DNA of 64,000 nt from Salinispira sp. (GTDB taxonomy: Bacteria; Spirochaetota; Spirochaetia; DSM-27196; Salinispiraceae), in contig OZ271918.1 in assembly GCA_965602015.1 (NCBI GenBank), positions 64,001 through 128,000 of the forward strand, read 5' to 3'. Both the position numbers and the translations under genes were made by a program. Shown here piece after piece: positions 9,066 to 18,156 of this stretch. Below the pieces are notes generated by a model that had not been told where the DNA came from, ran no database searches, and saw only the letters and a program-made list of their open reading frames with translations. The first letter of the stretch is position 1. Every line of letters begins with the position of its first letter.

Positions 9066-10297
9066 AAATATCCATACTAACCACCGGTTCCCGGGGGGAT
9101 ATGCAGCCGTTAGCTGCCCTCGGCGCCCAATTGGCCAAGAGGGGTGCCTCTGTCACCCTGGCTACTTCGTCCCGATATGAATCATGGTGCCGGGGCCTCG
9201 GAATGGATTTCCACAAGGTCCGGGGAGACGTAAGCGAGCTGATAAAAAGCGGCGAGCTCAGCAATGCGATAAACGCCGATAATCCCGTCAAGGCCTTAAA
9301 AGCGCTGAATGATCGGCGTTTTGCCGAACTGCTCGACCGAGCGAGCAAAGACCTCTTGGCTGCCTGCGAAGGGGCCGAGCTGATATTGCACCACCCGGGG
9401 GCGGGAATCGGCAGCATGTACGGCCGGGCCGCCGGAATTCCCGCATATGTTGCCTCGCCCTTTCCCCTGACCCCCACCGCGAACTACCCCTCATTGCTCT
9501 TTGCGCGCCTCCCGCTGCCCCGGTTCGCCAATCGCTTAACCCATGTGCTCTTCCTTCGGGCATTCTGGTGTGCCACCGGGGGCAGCGGAGTCCGGGTTGC
9601 CAGGGAAGCGGGGCTTATATCAACCCGGCGTCCGGAGAATCCCCTCCTGGGCAGCAAGCCGGTATTTGTGTCCAGCAGCGACTACGTCTTTCCCGTTGAA
9701 CGCCCATCCGTGGCGACGGGCTTCTGGTTTGTCGATGACGAACCGTTCGAACCGCCGGCGGCCCTGAAGGCCTTCCTCGAATCCGGTGATCCCCCCCTGT
9801 ACGCGGGATTCGGCAGCGTAGGGAATCCCGCCCGGGCCCGGGAAACCGGCGAAATTCTGCTTACCGCCGCCAGAAGCGCCGGCAAACGTCTGCTCATCGC
9901 CGGGGGTTACGGCGGACTGGAACTGGATTCGGATACCGGGGACGATGTGCTGTTTATCGAGTCTGCACCCCACAGCTGGCTCTTTCCCCGGGTTTCCGCG
10001 GTTATACACCACGGAGGCGCTGGTACCACAGCAGCGGGCTTGCGGGCCGGAGTGCCGTCCATCATTATCCCCCACGGCAACGACCAGTTCGCCTGGGCCC
10101 GGGCAGTCCAGCGTTTGGGAGTCGGCTGTGCTCTGCCTGGGGTAAAACGGATAAACGCCGCCGACCTGGTCCGGGCAATAAAAGCCAGCGCCGAGTCCGC
10201 CATTGGCAGGGCCGCCTCGGACCTTGGCGAAAAAATCCGTAGCGAGGCCGGGGCCCCGGCCATGGCGGAACACATCCTTAGACTCGGCGAAGGATAG
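9062..10297 (+). CDS. GT1 family UDP-glycosyltransferase (sterol 3-beta-glucosyltransferase-like)
   Basis: GTG start overlaps the TetR stop; TGSRGDMQP; APHSWLFPRVSAVIHHGGAGTTAAGLRAGVP; DQFAWA. Confidence 0.88.
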   Translation: MKISILTTGSRGDMQPLAALGAQLAKRGASVTLATSSRYESWCRGLGMDFHKVRGDVSELIKSGELSNAINADNPVKALKALNDRRFAELLDRASKDLLAACEGAELILHHPGAGIGSMYGRAAGIPAYVASPFPLTPTANYPSLLFARLPLPRFANRLTHVLFLRAFWCATGGSGVRVAREAGLISTRRPENPLLGSKPVFVSSSDYVFPVERPSVATGFWFVDDEPFEPPAALKAFLESGDPPLYAGFGSVGNPARARETGEILLTAARSAGKRLLIAGGYGGLELDSDTGDDVLFIESAPHSWLFPRVSAVIHHGGAGTTAAGLRAGVPSIIIPHGNDQFAWARAVQRLGVGCALPGVKRINAADLVRAIKASAESAIGRAASDLGEKIRSEAGAPAMAEHILRLGEG

Positions 10298-10405
10298 TTT
10301 TCATCAAAGCCAAAAGAATGCCGAAATTTCTGGCTAAAACGAGGATTGTGCTTTAGGCTTAGATACAGGGTTTATCCTGATTAAGAATCAGCCTGGAGGT
10401 TTTCC

Positions 10406-11269
10406 GTGAATAAACGTCCTTACGGATCAAGCGGCATTGAGCTCTCGGTAGTGGGGTTCGGCGGCATCCGGGTCATGAACGAGAGCGCCGCCGAGTCGGA
10501 CCGGGCGGTAGGCATGGCCATCGACGCAGGCATTAACTATTTCGATGTGGCTCCCAATTACGGCGACGCCCAAAGCATGCTCGGGCCGGCGCTCAGCCCG
10601 TATCGGAAAGATGTTTTTTTAGCCTGCAAATCCCAAATCCGGGACGCCGACGGTGCCCGGAGCGAACTCGAGCAGTCGCTAAAGCTATTAAAGACCGACT
10701 GCTTCGATCTGTACCAGCTGCACGCCGTGGCCAGCAGGGAAGATGTCGAAGAGATTCTTTCCCCGGGCGGCGCCTTGGAGACCCTCGACCGGGCGAAACG
10801 GGACGGCTTTGCCCGTCACCTTGGATTTTCAGCCCACAGCGAGGAGGCCGCGCTGGCCCTCCTCGAAGCCTACGACTTTGATTCAATCCTGTTCCCGGTT
10901 AATTGGACGACCTGGTTCGCAGGAGATTTCGGGAAGAAGGTCCTTCCCGCAGCCCGGGAAAAGGGCGTAACGGTGCTCGCCCTCAAAGCCCTGGCCAAAC
11001 ACGCGGTTCCCGACGGAGAAAAAAGCCCCAGGGAGAAAACCTGGTACTGGCCGGTTGAAAGCTACCGGGAAGCCCTCGAGGGTCTGCGCTTTAGTTTGGG
11101 CATGGAGGGGGTGTGCGCCGCGGTAAGCCCGGGGGACAGCCAGTTATTTGAGTGGATGATCCGCGCGGAATCCGAGTACCGTCCGTTAGATGAAGCCGAA
11201 CTTGCAGAGCTTGAACGTCGTGCCGGTAATCGGTCACTGATTTTCGACGCAAAACACTCCCAATGGTAG
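10406..11269 (+). CDS. Aldo/keto reductase
   Basis: GFGG, GINYFDVAPNYG, FLACK, DLYQLH, GFSAH; GGAGG RBS. Confidence 0.92.
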   Translation: MNKRPYGSSGIELSVVGFGGIRVMNESAAESDRAVGMAIDAGINYFDVAPNYGDAQSMLGPALSPYRKDVFLACKSQIRDADGARSELEQSLKLLKTDCFDLYQLHAVASREDVEEILSPGGALETLDRAKRDGFARHLGFSAHSEEAALALLEAYDFDSILFPVNWTTWFAGDFGKKVLPAAREKGVTVLALKALAKHAVPDGEKSPREKTWYWPVESYREALEGLRFSLGMEGVCAAVSPGDSQLFEWMIRAESEYRPLDEAELAELERRAGNRSLIFDAKHSQW

Positions 11270-11285
11270 ACCGACGGATATCCCG

Positions 11286-12473
11286 ATGAAAAAAATCCCG
11301 TATCTCACATTACCGGTGTTCATTCTTGTATTTATGTCCGCAGGCCTTTCGGCGCAAATGGACCTGCTGCCGTTTATCTTCCGGGATATACCGCCGGAAA
11401 TCGAGCAGGGACTTCCCGAGGATATGACATTTGAGGAATTCAGCCAGCTAAACCGCAACATCGATTTTTTTACCGTCGGCATGAGCATGATAGTTCCGGG
11501 TTACGGATACTTTGCGGTTGAGCGTCCCGGGGCGGGATATTCGATTCTCGCCGGAAGACTCGCCGGATACGGGCTTATGGCTACGGCGCTTGTCCGCCAG
11601 TGGGACGATTTCCGCGATATCTGGGACAGCGCGGAAATCAGCTCGGAGGACTGGCAACGCCTTAAGGTCAACGGATTCCTCTTCGGCTCCGGCGCCATGG
11701 TGAATTTCCTGTTGTGGGGACTGGACGTGCTGGGAGCGTATCACGTCTCGGTGCAGGAACGGAACTGGGTGATATATCACCACGGTATTTCAGTTCAAAT
11801 GAGGAACACCGGAGAAGGGGATTCGGACGTCATACGGTTTTACCGGGAACAGGACGATCCGATGAGCCGTCTTTGGCTGCGCTCCCGCCTGTGGCAGCTC
11901 ATCGGCGGGTATTATGGCGAGAATCCTCCGTTGTTGGATCCTCATGAAGCATACGGCTACCTGGCGGAAATCGAACTGGGCGAGGGCCAGCCGGCCCGGG
12001 CTATGGCTCTGGTGCTGCAGGGCCTGAGTATTCCGCAGGGTACCCGTCCGGAGACTCTCCTGGGCCTGGGGATCGAAATACTCTCCCATCCCTCCCAGAT
12101 GCCATGGGAAAGCGACCGGGGGGAGCTCTGGTCAACCATGAACGCCCTGGCCGCCGGAGAGACGGACTTCCCGGCGGTAATCGAAATGGCTGTCCGGCTG
12201 ACCGATCGCTCGTTGCGACGGGAGTTGGTGGCGGCGGCAAACCGTTACCTCAAGGCGCCGAATCTGCCGGTCTCCGGGGACCGGGTGCTCATGGCGCTTG
12301 AAGCGCTCTGGCGGCAGGATGGGGAAATCCGCTTGGCGGCAATGGCCGCGGCGAAGCTAATCGCCTTCTACCCCGATAGTCCGCTGCTCAGCCGGGCGAT
12401 ATTGCAGGCGGAGAAAAACTTCGGCGAACTGGAAGATGAAATTGCTCTGGAACAGCTGCGGCAGTATTATTAA
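11286..12473 (+). CDS. Hypothetical exported/membrane protein with helical (TPR-like) C-terminus
   Basis: Signal peptide; SMIVPGYGYF segment followed by hydrophobic helices; operon spacing with neighbours. Confidence 0.7.
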   Translation: MKKIPYLTLPVFILVFMSAGLSAQMDLLPFIFRDIPPEIEQGLPEDMTFEEFSQLNRNIDFFTVGMSMIVPGYGYFAVERPGAGYSILAGRLAGYGLMATALVRQWDDFRDIWDSAEISSEDWQRLKVNGFLFGSGAMVNFLLWGLDVLGAYHVSVQERNWVIYHHGISVQMRNTGEGDSDVIRFYREQDDPMSRLWLRSRLWQLIGGYYGENPPLLDPHEAYGYLAEIELGEGQPARAMALVLQGLSIPQGTRPETLLGLGIEILSHPSQMPWESDRGELWSTMNALAAGETDFPAVIEMAVRLTDRSLRRELVAAANRYLKAPNLPVSGDRVLMALEALWRQDGEIRLAAMAAAKLIAFYPDSPLLSRAILQAEKNFGELEDEIALEQLRQYY

Positions 12474-12476
12474 GGC

Positions 12477-13661
12477 ATGTCAAAATACAATACTACAGCC
12501 CAATCTTATCGGGATTTCTATGATGAATTACCTGAAATAAACAGTTTCGCCGGGGGACTCCAGGGAAAATCTGCCGCCCTGCCTCACGACTGGTATGTGG
12601 TGATGACCGACGTGGTCTCGTCCACACAAGCCATTGAGAACGGAAGGTACAAAACAGTCAACATCGCCGGGGCCCTTCCCATCATCGCCATAGCCCGAAT
12701 TTACGGGACTCTCAAACGGCCCTTCGTTTTCGGAGGGGACGGGATGACATTTCTTGTAGATCCCCAGCATATCGATGAGGTCCGGCTTGTTTTATCCCGG
12801 GTCCTGCGGGATATCGGCGATTTGTACGGTCTGGAAATGCGCGCTGCGGCCATTCCCGCATCCCAGCTTCACATGCGCGATGCCCAGCTCATGATTTCCA
12901 AGGTTCGGGTCAGCAGCCAGTACGTCCAGGCATTTTTTCACGGTGGGGGGATTTTGATGGCCGAAGAAATGCTAAAAGGCGATCAGGGTGAAAGCTATGC
13001 AATAGCTCCCGCGACGGACCGGGAAACCGTAAACTACGACGGATTTACCTGCCGTTGGGCCGACGTCCCAAGTCACACCGGCATCACTGCGGCGATTATC
13101 GTCGAACCCCGGGGCGATCAGGATCCCATGGAAATACTCGGCATCATGGAAGAGGTGTTGGGAGCCGATGGCGATTACCATCCCCTCCGAATCGACAACA
13201 TGCGGATGGGCGGAGCCAAGTCCGCGTGGACTGCACCCTTTTTGGCAAAGAGTCATGGACGGAAAAACCTTGCCTATTTCATAATGGCTGCCTGGGGATG
13301 GTTCGAGATATTCGTCGCCCGGATCATGTATACCCTGGGCATCCCCCTGCAGTACGGAATATATAACCTGGGCAAAGCCCGGGAACAGAATATCGAGAAC
13401 TCGGACTTCAGAAAATACGAAGGCGCTCTCAAAATGATCGTCGCCCTCGATGATTCCCAGCTCGAAGACCTGCGCGCCCGGCTTGAAAAAAAACGCCTCG
13501 CCGGATCGGTATTTTACGGGATTCACACCAGCGCCGAGGCTCACATGACCTGCATCGCAACCGTGGAAGCCGGCGACGATGTACACTTCATCGACGCGAG
13601 CAACGGCGGCTATGCCCTGGCGGCCAGGGAGCTCAAGAACCAGAAAAAGTCCGCGGCATAA
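12477..13661 (+). CDS. DUF3095 family protein
   Basis: DVVSSTQAIENGRYKTVN, PFVFGGDG, GFTCRW, NSDFRKYEG, HFIDASNGGYALAA. Confidence 0.85.
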   Translation: MSKYNTTAQSYRDFYDELPEINSFAGGLQGKSAALPHDWYVVMTDVVSSTQAIENGRYKTVNIAGALPIIAIARIYGTLKRPFVFGGDGMTFLVDPQHIDEVRLVLSRVLRDIGDLYGLEMRAAAIPASQLHMRDAQLMISKVRVSSQYVQAFFHGGGILMAEEMLKGDQGESYAIAPATDRETVNYDGFTCRWADVPSHTGITAAIIVEPRGDQDPMEILGIMEEVLGADGDYHPLRIDNMRMGGAKSAWTAPFLAKSHGRKNLAYFIMAAWGWFEIFVARIMYTLGIPLQYGIYNLGKAREQNIENSDFRKYEGALKMIVALDDSQLEDLRARLEKKRLAGSVFYGIHTSAEAHMTCIATVEAGDDVHFIDASNGGYALAARELKNQKKSAA

Positions 13662-13686
13662 ATGCACTGAACCGGAAGACCATCAA

Positions 13687-15162
13687 TCAGAAGAGCTGAT
13701 GGTCTTCCTCCTCCGGCCCGTCGAGAATTTCCAGGGTCTCGCCGCTTAGCGCGAGTTTGGCGCTCTCGACATAGATGCCGAAAATGTCCTGATCCATTCC
13801 CCTGATATCCACATAGCGCAGCACAATGCGGCGGTCGATTGACAGCTCCACGTACCCGCCGAACACCACCAGTTCGATTGAGAGGTTCGGCTGCTTCGAG
13901 CCGGGAAAGCGGTTGCTTTGAATGATGTTGTAATCAAAGGCGTTCTCAATATCGCCGTCGTGCCGCTCGCTCCAGAATCTCCCCTGGGCTATGCCGTTGA
14001 TGAGGTCGAGACTGATGTAGTGACCGTTTCCCTGGGGATCCTGTCGAAACACCAGGCCGGTCTTTCCAAGTCCTTCCAAATGCAGTGTGGCTGAAAAGCG
14101 GAAATCCCGGCAGCGCCGGTCAAACGCGAAGATTTCATAGCCGCTGACCGACCAGAGATGCAGGGCTTCATCATCCTTGTTTATGCCCGCGCTGGGATTG
14201 TTCAGCACCATCCGCAGGGGCCTAAGGGTTTCCCCCGGCACTTTTTCGCTCACCTTCTTGTCGAAGCCCTCGTAGCTTTTTACAAATAGCTGACCGTCTT
14301 CCTGCACGTCCAACCGGGTCGGGGGAGGAAGTATGGCCATCCGGCTCGCCGACGCGTCGTGAGAAAAGAAATTCCACAGCAGCCAGCCCTTGTCGTCCTT
14401 GGTGAGCCGGGATGCATAGTTGCCCCTGGGCAGCAGGACATTGTCCGCATAAGCCTGGTAGACGCCGAAAATCTCCGGGCTGTGCCAGTAGTGGATTTTG
14501 ATGTCCTCCCGGATATTGCCCAGGAGGTAGTAGTTCTCGCCGATGTGAAAGAGGCCGGGTACTTCAATATCGTCGTACATTCGAGGGTAGAATAATGGTT
14601 CCCTCCAGCGGAACTTCCCGGGTTCGTACTCCTGGGCGACCCCGACGCAACCCCGGCGAATAACCGGACCGTCGGGAACCCGAGCGTTCACCAGCATCAG
14701 GCGGGTATCCCCTTCCCGGTAAAAAAACGGATCCCGGCAGCTTACCCAGTGCCGTCCCTGGTCGATGGAGTCTTCATAATGTGGGCCTTCTATCGACAGG
14801 GGAAAGTTTTCATCTTTCACCTTGCGCCAACTGTACAAATCATCAGAGCGGGCCAGGCCGATGCGCTGAACCTTGCCGCTCTCCTTTCGGGACAGCCCGG
14901 TGTACAGCATGCGGAAGGCGCTGGTGCCGTCGGGGTCGGGGCTGACGTGCATGGTCCACAACATATCATCATCCCATTCTCCCGGCTCTCCGATAAACAA
15001 CGGATTCTGCACCCGCCGCCAGAGAAAGCCGTCCTTGCTCACCGCATGGGCGATATAGTCGTGATTGGGCAATACAAGATGAAACAGGTGAAACTCGCCT
15101 TTATGGACAATGACATCCACGTCCCCGAGTTCGGAGCGGGTAAATCCTCTACCGGTGTACAC
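13687..15162 (-). CDS. Clan GH-J five-bladed beta-propeller glycoside hydrolase (GH32-like), cytoplasmic
   Basis: GDVDV, HAVSKDG..W, RDP and IEVP acidic motifs; C-terminal beta-sandwich; GGAGG RBS before GTG; no signal peptide. Confidence 0.8.
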   Translation of the reverse strand: MYTGRGFTRSELGDVDVIVHKGEFHLFHLVLPNHDYIAHAVSKDGFLWRRVQNPLFIGEPGEWDDDMLWTMHVSPDPDGTSAFRMLYTGLSRKESGKVQRIGLARSDDLYSWRKVKDENFPLSIEGPHYEDSIDQGRHWVSCRDPFFYREGDTRLMLVNARVPDGPVIRRGCVGVAQEYEPGKFRWREPLFYPRMYDDIEVPGLFHIGENYYLLGNIREDIKIHYWHSPEIFGVYQAYADNVLLPRGNYASRLTKDDKGWLLWNFFSHDASASRMAILPPPTRLDVQEDGQLFVKSYEGFDKKVSEKVPGETLRPLRMVLNNPSAGINKDDEALHLWSVSGYEIFAFDRRCRDFRFSATLHLEGLGKTGLVFRQDPQGNGHYISLDLINGIAQGRFWSERHDGDIENAFDYNIIQSNRFPGSKQPNLSIELVVFGGYVELSIDRRIVLRYVDIRGMDQDIFGIYVESAKLALSGETLEILDGPEEEDHQLF

Positions 15163-15245
15163 ACAGGCCTCCTAAGCTATGGCGTATGTGTACAAGGTAC
15201 AAAGGCCTGTGGGTAATTTCCAGCGGCAATGGACATAATTACCGA

Positions 15246-18155
15246 TCAATCCACCAGTTTGATAATTTTCACCCCGTTAGTCTTGTCGGCAATAATCGCA
15301 TACCCCCCGTGAACCCGAAGCTCGATTCCGTCGAAATCGGTCCAGGTCAAGGCCTGATCCTGGACCGGTTTGGTGGCCGCAGAATGATCAAGAACTTCAA
15401 AATCGAATTCCTCATTTATGGAGAAGATGTATATGCCCTGGGCTTCGATATCGATGCCGTAGTGAATCCCGTAATGATCAGGAGGGGTCCCGGCTCCTTC
15501 CAGATATGAAGAAGAATCGGGGTCCACATCCCTCAGGTACATGGTGCCGCCCCCGGGGCCGAAGCTGTCCTGGAGAAGCATCATATCGCCCTGGAGATAC
15601 AGGTCGTGGATTTCCGCTCCCATATTCGAGATCTCGCCGACCTTGATAGGCGTCGCCGGGTCTTCAATGTTGTAGATAATGAGATCTGAGGGCCGGAAGT
15701 ATGCGGCGTCGGCGATGTACAGCAGATTATCCTTGATTGCAAAGTCATTGGCGGAAAACTGTTTGTCGTTGAATCCCAGAAAAACCGGGTTCAGGGGGTC
15801 CGCGATGTTGAACGTGGTAAGCCCGTCGTTGTTGATGGTAAAAAGCACCTCTCCCCGGATCTCGGTCCTAGCAAAACCATAGCCCTGCTCGGGCGAGCTT
15901 GTCATCGCCAGGGAATGAGGCTGGCTGATGTCGACGATACGCAGAACCGGTCCGCCGTCGGATACCAAAAGGCTATTTCCCGCCTTGGTGAGGAAGAGTT
16001 CGAATTTTGTGCCGGTGATTTCCAGATCAACGCTGTGAAGCAAAACCGGTGAAACCGGATCGGTAATGTCGTAGGATGCAAGGGAGTAATCATCGGTGCT
16101 GCCCCGGGCGACGTATAATAGACTGCCCTTTCTCGCTGTCGCGAGGGCATTGATGCCGGTAATTTCACCGTCCACCTGCAGGGCTGGCAACGCCGAGTTG
16201 CTCACGGTCTGAAGTCCCATGGGGCCGGAGGCGATAAATATTGACCTGCTGTTTACCTCGAGGTCGCGGCTGGGGCCGGGGGTGTCCCAGCCTCCGCCGC
16301 TGACAAAGGCCGGGTTCGCCGGGTCGGTAATATCAACTGTCACGTAACCCCAACCGTCTTTTATGTATACCGTGTTTCCGTAGGCACGGGGGTTGCTTGG
16401 ACTCCCGTCGACATGGCCGGGAGTCTGACCGATAATCGCCGGACCCACTGACAGGGGATCTATTACGAGGAAATCAAAAAAGGGCAATTCGGTTATTGCC
16501 GCAGCCGAGGCGGTGGCGAAAAGATATTGATCGTCATCGCTGTAGGCAAGCCGGTCGGGAAAATCCCCGTCGACTATGACCGAGGTGTTCGTCGTATAGC
16601 CCGGTGCACGGGGATCGTCGGGATGATAAACATAGCAGATAAGTACGTGTCCCCGGGAATCGAAGGTTGTGTCGTCCTGGCCGAAGAGTCCCGCGTGGAA
16701 AAACGTGTACTGCGGATCCGTCGTAGCGTTGGGTACCGCAATCGATATGGCCTGGGACGTTGTTCCCGAAGGAGCCTCAGGGGTCAGGCTGTCGTGGTAA
16801 ACCGGGGCGGCGGGGTTGCGGATATCGATGAAGTGCACCACGCCGCCTGTATCCAGAATAAACAGGTACCAGTCGTTTATCTCACAACCCGAGGGGTCGA
16901 TTGCCGGATCGATGTTCATGCTCGCGAGAAACAGTGGCGCCGCCGGATCGGCGATGTCGTAGCTGCTGATAGCGGAGTTCTCTGAAATCACAAAAAGATT
17001 ATTGCTCCGTATTTTTATATCGTGTACGTCCGGGAATGAAATCCTGCTGAGCTCCTGCAGGGAATCCGGACGGTTGACATCCATCAGCACGATTTCCCCT
17101 TCGGACAGCACTCCGGCCAGTATGCCTTCGGATTCCTCAATGTGAACCAGCTGGCCGCCGAGGGGGTAGCCGGCGATCTGGTCAAAGGAACCCGCTTCGG
17201 CAGGGAACACATCCGGGGTACCCCAGGCCGAACCGCTGAGTATGGCCCCTTCGAACACCGGGCGTATCATATAAAAATAGTCCGCCCCTTCGAAGACCCC
17301 TTCGTCCAGGAAGTGGCTGTCACCGACTTCGGTGTATTTCGTGTAGTTATCTTCGTTTCCGACACTGCGCCACACCTCGTACTCCGGGGCTCCGGGAATA
17401 TCAGTCCATTCGAGGTAAATCTGCCGGTACCCCGCTTCGATACGGGGTATTAGAGTCAAGGGTGACAGGGGAAGGGCACTGCGGTAATCCGAGATAAGAC
17501 TGCTTCCGTCAGACATTTCGCTGATGAGCTGGAAAACATGGGCTGATCCGTTTTCCAGATCGGGAATTGTGATTTCGATTTCGTTCTGATCACCTCCGGC
17601 AATTTCCTGCTCAATGCCGTACACCGCGGTGGGAAGGGCGCCGTCGGTGGTATAGCGAAGCAGGTATCGCTGTGCGTCGGATATGCCTGTCCAGCTGACC
17701 TGGGCGCTGCGGTTGCCCGAACTGACTCTGAAGGACGGCAGGACGGTTCCCGGGTCTTCGAGAACGATTTCCCGTTCGCTGCTGTTCTCGTTCCAGTCGG
17801 TCACACGAACCGTTACCCGCACATCCCCGCTGAAGCCGACGGTTTCGAAACTAAAGTCGAAGCCGCCGCTTCCGCCTAAGCTCACGGGGCTTTCCTCAAT
17901 GAGGGTCTGCACAGAATTCGATACGCTAAAGGTCAGGGACGAAATTGTTTCCGAGACGTTTGCTTCTCCGGTGATTCTTCCCGTCACCGTTACACTCTCC
18001 CGGTACTCAGTGCGGTCCTCAGGCAAGAGGATCTCCAGCACGGGAATCACGTCGTCTTTTAACCTGGTCAGCAGTTCGCTCTCCAGCGGCTGGAGACAGG
18101 AGGCCAGAAAGATGGTGCAAAAACCCAGACAGATTACTCGCAGCAGGTTTTTCAT
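15246..18155 (-). CDS. Large lipoprotein with Ig/FnIII-like domains and LVIVD repeats
   Basis: Lipobox LASC; FnIII-like segments (W..I..A..Y.V.R); repeated xDIxDPxxP motifs (VDITDPANP, YDITDPVSP, FNIADPLNP). Confidence 0.85.
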   Translation of the reverse strand: MKNLLRVICLGFCTIFLASCLQPLESELLTRLKDDVIPVLEILLPEDRTEYRESVTVTGRITGEANVSETISSLTFSVSNSVQTLIEESPVSLGGSGGFDFSFETVGFSGDVRVTVRVTDWNENSSEREIVLEDPGTVLPSFRVSSGNRSAQVSWTGISDAQRYLLRYTTDGALPTAVYGIEQEIAGGDQNEIEITIPDLENGSAHVFQLISEMSDGSSLISDYRSALPLSPLTLIPRIEAGYRQIYLEWTDIPGAPEYEVWRSVGNEDNYTKYTEVGDSHFLDEGVFEGADYFYMIRPVFEGAILSGSAWGTPDVFPAEAGSFDQIAGYPLGGQLVHIEESEGILAGVLSEGEIVLMDVNRPDSLQELSRISFPDVHDIKIRSNNLFVISENSAISSYDIADPAAPLFLASMNIDPAIDPSGCEINDWYLFILDTGGVVHFIDIRNPAAPVYHDSLTPEAPSGTTSQAISIAVPNATTDPQYTFFHAGLFGQDDTTFDSRGHVLICYVYHPDDPRAPGYTTNTSVIVDGDFPDRLAYSDDDQYLFATASAAAITELPFFDFLVIDPLSVGPAIIGQTPGHVDGSPSNPRAYGNTVYIKDGWGYVTVDITDPANPAFVSGGGWDTPGPSRDLEVNSRSIFIASGPMGLQTVSNSALPALQVDGEITGINALATARKGSLLYVARGSTDDYSLASYDITDPVSPVLLHSVDLEITGTKFELFLTKAGNSLLVSDGGPVLRIVDISQPHSLAMTSSPEQGYGFARTEIRGEVLFTINNDGLTTFNIADPLNPVFLGFNDKQFSANDFAIKDNLLYIADAAYFRPSDLIIYNIEDPATPIKVGEISNMGAEIHDLYLQGDMMLLQDSFGPGGGTMYLRDVDPDSSSYLEGAGTPPDHYGIHYGIDIEAQGIYIFSINEEFDFEVLDHSAATKPVQDQALTWTDFDGIELRVHGGYAIIADKTNGVKIIKLVD

Positions 18156-18156
18156 G

